Part shown: positions 1 through 10,200 of the stretch, piece by piece
How positions within the stretch are numbered: position 1 is the stretch's first letter
How the letters are laid out: each line of letters begins with the position of its first letter
NCBI GenBank assembly: GCA_036645795.1
Contig: JAVXNL010000004.1
Coordinates: 1 to 48,075 of the forward strand
DNA: 48,075 nucleotides
Direction of reading: 5' to 3'
Source: Clostridia bacterium
GTDB lineage: Bacteria; Bacillota; Clostridia; TANB77; CAG-465
Translations under genes and position numbers: made by a program
The notes under the pieces: generated by a model
The model's database searches: none
What the model saw: the letters and a program-made list of their open reading frames with translations, nothing else
What the model was told of the DNA's origin: nothing

Positions 1-268
1 CTTTACCGTTACATTACAGAAATATTCCTTTGCATTTTTCTATGAAATTTAAACCATTTAATAATTCTTTTGATTTCTTATCCGGTATTGTTGCAGACTC
101 CTTTTTTATCTATTTAATTATCTTAAATTTGACTTTGTAGTCCTATAATTTTCATCCTTCTTCGTTATCTTTTATGTCTATTACCTGCCGTGTTTACACC
201 GTCATATAGCGTTTGTTTCGTTTTTAGCGTTTTTTTGTAATGTTTTTGTAACAATTCAGTAAAAGTTC

Positions 269-297
269 TTGACTTATTACCTTTTATGTCATATAAT
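269..297 (+). promoter_or_regulatory. SigA-type promoter of the adhesin gene (TTGACT - 17 nt - TATAAT)
   Basis: TTGACT at 269-274, a 17-nt spacer, then TATAAT at 292-297. SD GGAGGA at 330-335 and ATG at 343 follow downstream. Called on consensus match only, in AT-rich DNA. Confidence 0.55.
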
Positions 298-342
298 ATA
301 TATATAAATGTAAAAACATATATGGTTTTGGAGGAATAAAAA

Positions 343-3300
343 ATGAAGCTAACAAATAAAATTAAAAATTTTAAAATGAAAGTTCTAAGTATAGTTGCAC
401 TCACATCTATGATGGCTGTTCAACTTGAACCACTTACAGGACTTTTTGCAGCCGCAGGTTCGCTAAACTTTAATCCAGGTGGAAAAATAAATCCAGTATA
501 TGATAGTAATTATGACTACAGTACAGGTATATATGATGCAACACTTGGTGGAGCTAATGCATACTGTATGGATTATGGTAGATTGTCACCATCAGGTGTA
601 CTATCATTTAAAAATAAACTATCACCACAATCAACCGCAGTTCTTGTATATGGTTATCCAAATTCAAGTCCAGCGTCAATGGGGCTTTCAAGCAATAGTG
701 AAGCACATACTGCTACACAGCTTGCTTTGTGGCAAATATCACAAGAAACTGGTGAGAATACAAAATCTACAGCTGTATTTGATTTTTCAGCTTTAAGTGG
801 AAATGCTGGATATGAAACTCACGCTGCAAATGCAATAGCCGCAGCAAAGAGACTAGTAGCTAAAGCAAGAGGTGGTTACATTGCAAATCCTACAATAAAT
901 ATCACTGGAAATGGAGCAAAGTTATCACATACTGGCAATCAAATTGTTGCTGGACCTTATCAAGTAAATGTTTCACAAGCAAATGTATCAAGTATAAATA
1001 CGTCTCTTTCAGGAGCACCCGCTTCTGCAATGACTACTGATGCATCAGGAAACCCAAAAAGCACATTTGCAGTAAATGAAAATATATTTGTAAGACTAAG
1101 TGATGCTGAGCATTCAGGAAGTCTTACTCTAAATGCAACTGCTGATGGCGACAAATTACTAGGATGTAAATATGGTGACACAAACCCAGCAAACCAAGAT
1201 TACTCAATACTTAGTCGTGAGCCAATAACTCTAAAAACAAATGTTGGTGTTAATTGGAATGGATTAAATGGTAATGTACAATTGTTAAAAGTAGACCAAA
1301 GTAACAACAAAATACCAGGAGTTGTATTTGAATTAAAAGACTCTAAAGGTAGCGTTGTAGCAAAAGAAACATCTGGAGCAGATGGAATGGTTAAATTTTC
1401 AAATATTGCAGTTGGAACATATACTCTAACAGAAATATCAGCACCAGATGAGTATATAATGTCAAAAGATCCAATAAATGTTGTAGTAGAAGCAGGAAAA
1501 ACAACTACTGTTAATTGTGTAAATCAAAAAATTAATGGCGGTTTAAAAATAATAAAAACAGCTGATTCAGGAGAAGCTTTACCAGGCGTTACTTTCCAAA
1601 TATATAACGAAGATAAAAGACCTTTAACTAAAATAACTACAGGATCTGATGGTATTGCAACTCTTAACAACCTACCTAGCGGAACATACTACTATAGCGA
1701 AATTTCAGCACCAGACTATGTTGTAATAGATACTAATAAATATGAATTTAAATCAACGTCAAAAGATGTTGTAGTAAAACATATAACTAATAAAACAATA
1801 AAGGGTAATTTAAAAATAGTAAAAACAGATTCAGATAAAACACCATTAGCAAATGTAAAATTCCAAATATTAGATAGCTCTAAAAAAGTAATTGAGACTA
1901 TAACTACCGGAGCAGACGGAATTGCTACATCTAAGGCATTGGTTAAAGGAACTTATTACTATAAAGAAATTGAGGCACCTGAAAATGTTGTTATGGATAC
2001 AAACACATATGAGTTTAAGATATCTTCACAAAACGAAGTAATTACTAAAAATATAGAAAATATCCTTATAAAAGGAAGTCTTAAAATAGTAAAGACTAAC
2101 TCTGATAAAGCACCCCTAGCAAATGTAAAATTCCAAATATTAGATAGCTCTAAAAATGTAGTAGACACTATAACTACAGGAACAAACGGAATTGCTACAT
2201 CTAAGGCATTGGTTAAAGGAACTTATTACTATAAAGAAATTGAGGCACCTGAAAATGTTGTTATGGACACAAATACATATGAGTTTAAGATATCTTCACA
2301 AAACGAAGTAGTTACTAAAAACATAGTAAATAAACTTGTAAAAGGAACTCTTAAAATAATAAAAGTAGATGAGAATAAAGTTCCACTTGAAGGTGTAAAA
2401 TTTAATATCTATGACAAAAATGGAAATACAATAGATACTATAACTACAAATAAAGATGGTATTGCTGTATCTAAAGAAATTCAAAAGGGTAAATACTTCT
2501 ACCAAGAAATATCTGCACCTGAAGGTATTGTAATAGATACAACAAAACATGAATTTATAGTTGAAAAAGATAATGATGTAATTATTAAAAACATAATAAA
2601 TAATTACAAAAAAGGACAACTTGAAATACTTAAATTAGATGAAAATAAAAAACCTATCAAAAATGTAAAATTTGAAATACTAAATGAAAATAATAGTGTA
2701 ATAGCAACTATTATAACAAACGATAAAGGTATTGCTACTACTGATAAATTAGCTTACGGAAACTACTTCTACAAAGAAATTGAAGCTCCTGAAAACTTTG
2801 TTATAGACTCAAATAAATACCCATTTAGTATTACACAAAATAATCAAATAATCAAAAAGACTATAACTAATAAATTTGTAAAAGGTGCTTTAAGAATAAT
2901 TAAAGTAGATGAAAATAAAGTTCCTCTTGAAAATGTTAGTTTCAACATTTACAATGCAGACGGTAAAAAAATAGAGACAATTACTACAAACAATCAAGGT
3001 GTAGCTCAGTCTGATAAAATGCAAAAAGGTAAATACTTTTACCAAGAAATATCTGCACCCGAAGGTATTATAATAGATACCACAAGACATGAGTTTATAG
3101 TTGAAACTGATAGCCAAGTTGTTATCAAAAATATGGTTAATAACTATAAAAAAGGTAGCCTTGAAATACTTAAACTAGATGAAAATAAAAATCCAATTAA
3201 AGACGTTAAGTTTAATATCTTAAATGAAAATAAAGAAATTATTGCAACTATTGTAACAAACGATAAAGGTATTGCTACTACTGGTAAATTAGTATATGGA

Positions 3301-4920
3301 AAATATTACTACAAAGAAGTAGAAGCTCCTGCAAATATAGTTATGGATACTTCTGAATATGAGTTTAGTATTACAAAAGATAACCAAATAATCAAAAAGA
3401 CTATAACTAATAAATTTGTAAAAGGATCTCTTAAAATAATAAAAGTAGATGAGAATAAAACTCCTCTTATGGGTGTTAAATTCCAAATACTTGATGCAAA
3501 TGATAAACTAATAGATACTATCACTACAAATAAAGATGGTATTGCTATATCTAAAGAATTACAAAAAGGAAAATACTTCTATAAAGAAATATCTGCACCA
3601 GAAGGTATTGTAATAGATACTACAAAACATGAATTTATAGTTGAAAAAGATAATGATTTAGTTATTAAAAATATTGAAAATAAACTTGTAAAAGGCAAAC
3701 TTGAAATACTAAAAGTAGACGAGAATAAAGTTCCACTAATGGATGTTAAATTCAATATTTTAGACAAAGATAAAAAAGTTATAGCAACTATAGTTACAAA
3801 CAAAGACGGTATTGCTACTAGCGATAATTTATCTTACGGAAAATATTACTATAAAGAAATTGAAGCTCCAGCAAATGTTGTTATAGATGCCTCTGAATAT
3901 GCATTTAACATTACAAAAGATAATCAGATAATTAAAAAGACTGTAATAAACAAACTTGTAAAAGGATCTCTTAAAATAATAAAAGTAGATGAGAATAAAA
4001 CTCCTCTTATGGGTGTTAAATTCCAAATACTTGATGCAAATGATAAACTAATAGATACTATCACTACAAATAAAGATGGTATTGCTATATCTAAAGAATT
4101 ACAAAAAGGAAAATACTTCTATAAAGAAATATCTGCACCAGAAGGTATTGTAATAGATACTACAAAACATGAATTTGTAGTTGAAAAAGATAATGATGTA
4201 GTTATTAAAGATATTGTTAATAATTTTCTTAGAGGAAAACTTGAAATACTTAAACTAGATAATTATGATAACCCTATAGAAGGAGTGAAATTTAATATCT
4301 TAAATGATAAAAAACAAGTTATTGATACAATAATTACTAACAAAGACGGTATTGCTACTACAAAAGATTTAGTTTATGGAAAATACTACTACAAAGAAAT
4401 AGAGGCTCCTGCAAACCTTGTTATGGATACTCATGAATACAGTTTTAACATACAAGAAAATAATCAATTAATCAAAAAAACTGTAATAAATAAAAAACTT
4501 GTTGGAGGAATTAAAATTTTAAAACTAGATAAAGGAACAAAAACTCCAATAGCAGGCGTTACATTTGATATATTAAATGAACAAAAACAAGTTATTGGAA
4601 CAATAATAACTAACGATAACGGAGTTGCTAAAATAGAAAATTTAACTAAAGGAAAATACTTCTATAAAGAAACAAAGGCTCCTGATAAATATATAATAGA
4701 TAACAAAGAATATTCTTTTGAAATACAAAATGATAATCAATTAGTTGAAAAAACCGTATATAATGAATCTAAAAAATTACCTGTAACTGGTGGATTTTTT
4801 GGAAGTAATGCTATAATTGTTACTATGGTCACAGTTATATCAATACTTGGATACTTTGTATTAAATATTATAACTACAAAAAAAGAATTAGAACTTAAAA
4901 AGGATGATAAAAAAGAATAA
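343..4920 (+). CDS. Sortase-anchored (LPXTG) thioester-domain adhesin with 13 SpaA/Cna-B-type stalk repeats
   Basis: 1525-aa ORF with a good SD and a signal peptide (KMKVLSIVALTSMMAV). Thioester-domain signature: Cys75 in AYCMDYG (nt 565-567) and Gln126 in TATQLALWQ (TQxA motif, nt 718-720). 13 consecutive ~90-aa repeats follow the pattern G-x-L-K-I-x-K-x-D ... G-x-Y-Y-Y-K-E-I-E-A-P. The C-terminus is LPVTG, a hydrophobic segment, then a charged tail. Confidence 0.9.
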   Translation: MKLTNKIKNFKMKVLSIVALTSMMAVQLEPLTGLFAAAGSLNFNPGGKINPVYDSNYDYSTGIYDATLGGANAYCMDYGRLSPSGVLSFKNKLSPQSTAVLVYGYPNSSPASMGLSSNSEAHTATQLALWQISQETGENTKSTAVFDFSALSGNAGYETHAANAIAAAKRLVAKARGGYIANPTINITGNGAKLSHTGNQIVAGPYQVNVSQANVSSINTSLSGAPASAMTTDASGNPKSTFAVNENIFVRLSDAEHSGSLTLNATADGDKLLGCKYGDTNPANQDYSILSREPITLKTNVGVNWNGLNGNVQLLKVDQSNNKIPGVVFELKDSKGSVVAKETSGADGMVKFSNIAVGTYTLTEISAPDEYIMSKDPINVVVEAGKTTTVNCVNQKINGGLKIIKTADSGEALPGVTFQIYNEDKRPLTKITTGSDGIATLNNLPSGTYYYSEISAPDYVVIDTNKYEFKSTSKDVVVKHITNKTIKGNLKIVKTDSDKTPLANVKFQILDSSKKVIETITTGADGIATSKALVKGTYYYKEIEAPENVVMDTNTYEFKISSQNEVITKNIENILIKGSLKIVKTNSDKAPLANVKFQILDSSKNVVDTITTGTNGIATSKALVKGTYYYKEIEAPENVVMDTNTYEFKISSQNEVVTKNIVNKLVKGTLKIIKVDENKVPLEGVKFNIYDKNGNTIDTITTNKDGIAVSKEIQKGKYFYQEISAPEGIVIDTTKHEFIVEKDNDVIIKNIINNYKKGQLEILKLDENKKPIKNVKFEILNENNSVIATIITNDKGIATTDKLAYGNYFYKEIEAPENFVIDSNKYPFSITQNNQIIKKTITNKFVKGALRIIKVDENKVPLENVSFNIYNADGKKIETITTNNQGVAQSDKMQKGKYFYQEISAPEGIIIDTTRHEFIVETDSQVVIKNMVNNYKKGSLEILKLDENKNPIKDVKFNILNENKEIIATIVTNDKGIATTGKLVYGKYYYKEVEAPANIVMDTSEYEFSITKDNQIIKKTITNKFVKGSLKIIKVDENKTPLMGVKFQILDANDKLIDTITTNKDGIAISKELQKGKYFYKEISAPEGIVIDTTKHEFIVEKDNDLVIKNIENKLVKGKLEILKVDENKVPLMDVKFNILDKDKKVIATIVTNKDGIATSDNLSYGKYYYKEIEAPANVVIDASEYAFNITKDNQIIKKTVINKLVKGSLKIIKVDENKTPLMGVKFQILDANDKLIDTITTNKDGIAISKELQKGKYFYKEISAPEGIVIDTTKHEFVVEKDNDVVIKDIVNNFLRGKLEILKLDNYDNPIEGVKFNILNDKKQVIDTIITNKDGIATTKDLVYGKYYYKEIEAPANLVMDTHEYSFNIQENNQLIKKTVINKKLVGGIKILKLDKGTKTPIAGVTFDILNEQKQVIGTIITNDNGVAKIENLTKGKYFYKETKAPDKYIIDNKEYSFEIQNDNQLVEKTVYNESKKLPVTGGFFGSNAIIVTMVTVISILGYFVLNIITTKKELELKKDDKKE
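1270..4765 (+). repeat. Tandem coding repeat array (13 units of ~270 nt; later units alternate two subtypes, giving a ~540-nt period)
   Basis: Repeat units start at GNVQLLKVD, GGLKIIKTAD, GNLKIVKTDS, GSLKIVKTNS, GTLKIIKVDE, GQLEILKLDE, GALRIIKVDE, GSLEILKLDE, GSLKIIKVDE, GKLEILKVDE, GSLKIIKVDE, GKLEILKLDN and GGIKILKLDK. All are in frame inside the adhesin ORF. Confidence 0.9.
3417..4176 (+). repeat. Near-identical direct duplication inside the adhesin gene (about 3417-3636 matches 3957-4176, offset 540 nt)
   Basis: The sequence lines starting at 3421, 3481 and 3541 are letter-for-letter identical to those starting at 3961, 4021 and 4081. The first mismatch is at 3637 versus 4177. A second, shorter identical stretch is 1919-2002 versus 2189-2272, offset 270 nt. 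Confidence 0.9.
4777..4791 (+). other. LPVTG sortase recognition motif (codons 1479-1483 of the adhesin)
   Basis: tta cct gta act ggt is in frame. It is followed by GFFGSNAIIVTMVTVISILGYFVLNII and the tail TTKKELELKKDDKKE. Confidence 0.85.
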
Positions 4921-5026
4921 TTCTAAACATTATAAACATTCTTTTAAAATAGCATATTTATAATAAACAAATAAAGAAAAAAGAAGAAAAACAAGAGAAA
5001 AAAGAGAAAAAGAAAAAAGAAAAACA

Positions 5027-5065
5027 AGAGATACTATAATATAAAAATTATAGTATCTCTTTTTA
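5027..5065. terminator. Bidirectional rho-independent terminator between the convergent adhesin and LRR genes
   Basis: 13-bp perfect stem agagatactataa (5027-5039) / ttatagtatctct (5048-5060). A T-run follows on the plus strand and a T-rich tract follows on the minus strand. Confidence 0.75.
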
Positions 5066-5108
5066 TTGCTTAAATATATCTATTTGTAGCTATTTGCCTA
5101 GCACTTTT

Positions 5109-7001
5109 TTATTTCCACACTACTACTCTATCCCCTCCTGGAGCAGCCCACGGAGCACCCGCAATTTTACCTTTTGTAGCATCTACATCAATAGTCTTTA
5201 AGCTCTCACATCTTGAAAATGCACCGCTATTAATCGTTACCATACTACTTGGAATATTAATTTTAATTAAGTTTGAGCAAGCATCAAACGCGCCTCCACC
5301 AATAGTTTTAACACCCATTGGAATTATAACTTCTTTTACACCTTGAGAGTAAAACGCACCACTTGCAATATCTATAACGCTACTTGGAACAGTAATAGAT
5401 GAAGCTGAACTATTAACACAATAAAGTATACTTCCATCTTTACTAAGGATCATATTACCATTAAAGTCTTTAATATATGGGTTATCCTCAACTACTTTAT
5501 ATGAAATAGCACCAAAGAGGCTAGCATTACTTATAGACCTAACATTTTTTGGTATAATAAGCTTTGGTAATCCAAGCCCAGTAAATGCCCAACCACCTAT
5601 TGTTTCAATAGAATCTGGTAAAGTTATATCACGTAGTCCACTACCATAAAAGCAATAAGAATCAATAACTTTAACGCCTTGTGGTATTGTAAAATTATCT
5701 GCATTCCCAAAAAATTTTATTATATTACACATATCTTTAGTATACACTGCTAAATTATCCGCAGTATAATATGGGTTAGCAGGGTCTATAGTTAAACTCT
5801 CTAGCTTTTGAATAGGAAATGATATACCATTTAACTTTGCTACACTTGCAGATATATGTAATTTTTTTATAGAGCCTATTCCAAAAGCTGAACTGCCTAT
5901 TTCTACTACAGTATTTGGTATATCTATATTAGTAACGTTTGTAAGTACTGAATATAAATAAGTTTTTTCTTTATTATACAAAACTCCATTCTCACAACAA
6001 TAGTTTTTATTATTTGGATCTATTGTTAAAGACTTAAGACTAGGAGTATTTGTAAATGCATTAGTAATTACACTCACATTTGCAGGTATATTTAAAGTAG
6101 TGATTTTACTGCAATACTCTATAGCAATCGGATCAAAATATTCTACTTTATCAGGTATAATTATATTCTTTAAACTACTACAACCAGAAAATGTTCTATA
6201 CTCTATTTTTTTGATATTTTTTGATATTTTAAGGTTTGAAAGTGATGTGCAGTACATAAAGCAACTATTTCCAATTAACGTTACACTATCAGGTATACTT
6301 ATAGTCTCTATTTTAGGGCATACTGAAAAAGCAAATGCTCCTATTTTTTCTACACCATTTTCTATAATTACACTTTCAAGTGAAGCATTATTTGAAAAAG
6401 CATGATCTCTTATCTCTTTTACAGTAGACGGTATTACTACTTTTTTTAGATTTGGTATATCGTGAAATGCACCACTATCTATTGCCCAAACATTCCCAGG
6501 AATGTTTAGAGTGCCATTATTTTCTAGTAATAATAACGTTGCATTCGCAGATTTTAAAACACCATTTTCTATCTCAAAAGCATCTATATCTATTCCTATC
6601 TCACTTACCCAAGTAAGTTGCTTAATTTGTTTACTTGAAAATACTAACTTACCATGTACTATTTCAAGCTGACCTTGATATCTTTTATTTGCATCCGGAA
6701 TAATATCGTATATTGTTCCTTTTTCGCCTTCTTTTTGAGTGTTATATGCAAGTCTTGTTTCACTTGCGTTTAAACTATCTAATTGAAATTCACCTAAAGT
6801 CTCAGCGCTTTTTTGTTGTGCATACATAGCTAGCTGTTCTTGAAAATTCTTTAAATCACTTTTAACAGTTGCCTCGTTTGCATTCTCTAGCGGATTATTT
6901 TTATTTAGTGTTAAAATCACTGCAGCTGCAAGAATTATTATAACAATTATAGTTATAACAAGTACAATAAGAGATATCCCCCTACTTTTATTTATTTTCA
7001 T
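5109..7001 (-). CDS. BspA-type leucine-rich-repeat surface protein with a prepilin-like N-terminus
   Basis: 630-aa ORF with SD GGAAGG upstream. The N-terminus MKINKSRG-ISLIVLVITIIVIIILAAAVILTLNKNNP resembles a type IV prepilin leader plus hydrophobic helix, but has Val rather than Glu at +5. The body has many AF..C..L..I.IP..V..I repeats typical of BspA/LRR_5 proteins. Confidence 0.8.
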   Translation of the reverse strand: MKINKSRGISLIVLVITIIVIIILAAAVILTLNKNNPLENANEATVKSDLKNFQEQLAMYAQQKSAETLGEFQLDSLNASETRLAYNTQKEGEKGTIYDIIPDANKRYQGQLEIVHGKLVFSSKQIKQLTWVSEIGIDIDAFEIENGVLKSANATLLLLENNGTLNIPGNVWAIDSGAFHDIPNLKKVVIPSTVKEIRDHAFSNNASLESVIIENGVEKIGAFAFSVCPKIETISIPDSVTLIGNSCFMYCTSLSNLKISKNIKKIEYRTFSGCSSLKNIIIPDKVEYFDPIAIEYCSKITTLNIPANVSVITNAFTNTPSLKSLTIDPNNKNYCCENGVLYNKEKTYLYSVLTNVTNIDIPNTVVEIGSSAFGIGSIKKLHISASVAKLNGISFPIQKLESLTIDPANPYYTADNLAVYTKDMCNIIKFFGNADNFTIPQGVKVIDSYCFYGSGLRDITLPDSIETIGGWAFTGLGLPKLIIPKNVRSISNASLFGAISYKVVEDNPYIKDFNGNMILSKDGSILYCVNSSASSITVPSSVIDIASGAFYSQGVKEVIIPMGVKTIGGGAFDACSNLIKINIPSSMVTINSGAFSRCESLKTIDVDATKGKIAGAPWAAPGGDRVVVWK

Positions 7002-7091
7002 CTACATCAACCTTCCATATCGTACGACTTTCATACAATTTTTGTATAATTATATTACATACTTATTTATTTATTTATTTTACTAATTATT

Positions 7092-7120
7092 ATTTTATCA
7101 TATAATAACGATTTACACAA
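7092..7120 (-). promoter_or_regulatory. Possible SigA-type promoter for the LRR gene (TTGTGT - 17 - TAAAAT on the minus strand)
   Basis: The reverse complement of 7115-7120 is TTGTGT and that of 7092-7097 is TAAAAT, with a 17-nt spacer. Such matches arise easily in very AT-rich DNA. Confidence 0.3.
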
Positions 7121-7200
7121 TATTATATTAAAAAATTAGTTATAATATATATTTAACTATATACTATAACTAATAACTAATAACTCTTTTTTAATCTACT

Positions 7201-10200
7201 CTATCCAAGCAAATCAAACATATCCATCTGCTCAGAACGTGGCATGCCAGCAAGACATCCCTCAACGCGTAATGTTTCTACTGCAACTTTTCCAAGCTTT
7301 GAAGCAATAGACATCTGCTCTATAGAAGTAAATTTTCCTTTTTTTCTTGCCTCTACTAATTTTTCCGCATCAACTTCTCCAAACCCACTAAGGGAAGAAA
7401 GTGGCGGCCTTATACCTTCTTTTTCAACTAAAAATTTCTTTGAATCAGATATATAAATATCTACCGGTAAAAATTTAATGCCTCTTTCATACATCTCTAA
7501 AACAAGTTCTAAAATCGGATACATATTTTTATCTTTTTGTGATATTGTATTCCCTTGCATATCTAACTCTTTCATTCTTAATTTTACTTTTTCTTTCCCA
7601 TGTATCATTGATTCACTCTCAAACTCATCTGCTCTAATTGAAAAAAACGAAGCATAATATGCAATTGGAATATGGACTTTAAACCATGCTATTCTAAATG
7701 CCATTGTTACATATGCTGCAGCATGTGCTTTTGGAAACATATATTTTATTTTTTTACAAGAGCCTATATACCAATCCGGCACACTATATTCTCTCATAAG
7801 CCCTTCTTGTTCTTCTGTTAGCCCCTTACCTTTACGTACACATTCCATTATCTTAAATGATGGATTTGGTGGAAGGCCTTTCTTTATTAGATAAGTCATT
7901 ATATCATCCCTTGTACATATCGCCTCACTTAAAGTAATTGTTCCCTCTTGTATAAGAGTTTGTGCATTGTTTAGCCACACATCTGTACCATGGGATAGCC
8001 CAGATATTCTAAGTAGTTCCTCAAAAGTAGTAGGTCTTGTATCCACAAGCATGCCTCTTACAAATTTTGTACCAAACTCTGGGACTCCAAAAGTACCCAC
8101 TTCAGAATTTATTTGCTCTGCAGTAACACCTAATGCATCGGTGCATGAAAATATAGACATTGTTTCTTTATCATCAAGTGGAATTGATATTGGTTCAACT
8201 CCTGTTATATCTTGAAGCATTCTAATCATAGTAGGATCATCATGTCCTAGTATATCAAGTTTTAATAAATTTTTATCAATTGAGTGATAATCAAAATGTG
8301 TTGTTATAATACTCGAACGAGGGTCATCTGCTGGATGTTGTACAGGACAAAACTCATAAATTTCTCTTCCTTTAGGTACAACGATAATCCCTCCAGGATG
8401 TTGCCCTGATGTTCTTTTTATCCCCGTGCATCCTTTAGATAATCTATTTATTTCTGCAGCTGGAAGCGTTTTTTGTTTTGATTCAAAATACTTCATTACA
8501 AAACCATATGCTGTTTTATCTGCAATTGTTCCAATTGTCCCTGCTTTGTATGTTGTTCCTTTTCCAAAAATCACTTCTGTATATTTATGTGCTTTTGCTT
8601 GATATTCACCAGAGAAATTTAAATCAATATCTGGCTCTTTATCACCATTAAATCCAAGAAATGTTTCAAAAGGAATATCCATTCCATCTTTTACAAGAGC
8701 TTCTCCGCATTTAGGACATTTTTTATCTGGCAAATCAAATCCGTTTTTAACTCCAAAATCAGAAAAATCAGAATACTTACATTTTTTACACCTGTAATGA
8801 GGTTGAAGTGAATTAACCTCTGTAATACCTGTCATATTCGCTACAAAAGACGAACCAACAGATCCTCTTGAGCCAACCAAATATCCATCTTCATTTGATT
8901 TCCAAACTAATTTTTGTGCTATTATGTACATAACCGAAAATCCATTCTTTATAATAGACTCTAACTCTTTTTCTAATCTTTTTTGAACTATATCGGGTAG
9001 AGAATCACCATATAGCTCTTTTGCTTTAGTCATAGCAATATTTTCTATTTCTTTTTCACAACCATCAATATGAGGTGGACATTTTTCATCAGATATTGGA
9101 CTTATTCTATCACACCAATCAGCAACTTTATTGGTATTTGTAACTACTAGCTCATATGCTTTTTCGGGTGTTAGATAATCAAACTCTTCAAGCATTTCCT
9201 CTGTTGTCCTATAGTATAATGGAGCTTGTTTATCCGCATCGTCATAGCCTTGACCAGCCATTAATATTCTTCTATATATTTCATCTTCCGGATTTAAAAA
9301 ATGGGTATCACAAGTTGCAACTACAGTTTTATTTAATTTTTCACCCAAGTTAATTATTTCTTTATTTATATTTATTAATTCCTCTTTTGAGCTAAGCATA
9401 CCTTTATCTAAATAAAATTGATTATTGCCAAGAGGTTGTACTTCTAAATAGTCATAAAAGTTCGCTATTTTTTCTATTTTTTCTGGCGACTCTTTATTGT
9501 ATATGCTTTGATAAAGTTCTCCTCTCTCACAAGCAGAACCTATAATCAAGCCTTCTTTGTACCTATTTAATAAAGATCTTGGTATTCTTGGTCTTTTATT
9601 AAAATACCTTAAATGTGAATAAGATATTAATTTATATAGATTTTTTAACCCTTCATAGTTTTTAGCAAGGATTATTATATGATAATATGGCAATTTTTTT
9701 GCCTCTTCTTCTAAATTTGTATACATATAATCATATATTTCTACATTTTTTTTTTGAGCATCTTTACTCATTTGCAAAAATATTTCTACAGTAGCCCTTA
9801 CATCATTTATTGCTCTATGTGCCCCCTCTAAACTCACTCCCAACTCTTGAGCTATAGTTCCAAGTTTATGATTTTCAAAATTTGGATATAGTTCCCTTGC
9901 AATTGTAAGTGTATCTATAACCCCATTGCAGACCTCTAATTTTTCTTCGTCTGCATAATGCTTTATAAAACTCATATCAAACTTAGAGTTATGTGCTACA
10001 AGTATAGAACCTTTTGTAAACTCTAAAAATTTAGGTAACATTTTATCAACTGTTGGTGCATTTTTTACCATGTCTTCTGTTATATGAGTAAGTTGTTGAA
10101 CTGGAAGAGGTATTGGCCTTTCAGGGTTTACAAATGTTGTAAACTCATCTACTATTTTTCCATCTCTTACTTTTGCTACAGCAACTTCTGTTATCTTGTC

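Noticed and set aside
165-404. 79-aa minus-strand ORF overlapping the adhesin promoter and start codon
   Set aside because: It overlaps a near-consensus promoter, the SD and the first codons of the adhesin gene. It has hydrophobic low-complexity content typical of AT-rich antisense frames and no SD.
1959-4026. A series of 65-107-aa minus-strand ORFs inside the adhesin gene (1959-2168, 2296-2619, 2890-3117, 3289-3486, 3309-3524, 3579-3803, 3829-4026), plus the plus-strand alternate-frame ORF 500-796
   Set aside because: They are antisense or off-frame to a strongly supported 1525-aa gene. They recur only because the underlying DNA is repetitive. They encode low-complexity F/I/Y/N-rich strings and lack ribosome-binding sites.
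1270-4765. Regular 270/540-nt periodic repeats that might be mistaken for a CRISPR or satellite array
   Set aside because: The repeats are in frame, ~90 aa long and contiguous without unique spacers, and they encode recognisable Ig-like stalk domains. The period is far too long for a CRISPR array.
343-7001. A sortase-dependent (Spa-type) pilus operon
   Set aside because: There is only one LPXTG protein. It has no pilin motif (YPKN-like Lys in a backbone pilin), there is no class C sortase gene, and the neighbouring gene is convergent. It fits a stand-alone wall-anchored adhesin better.
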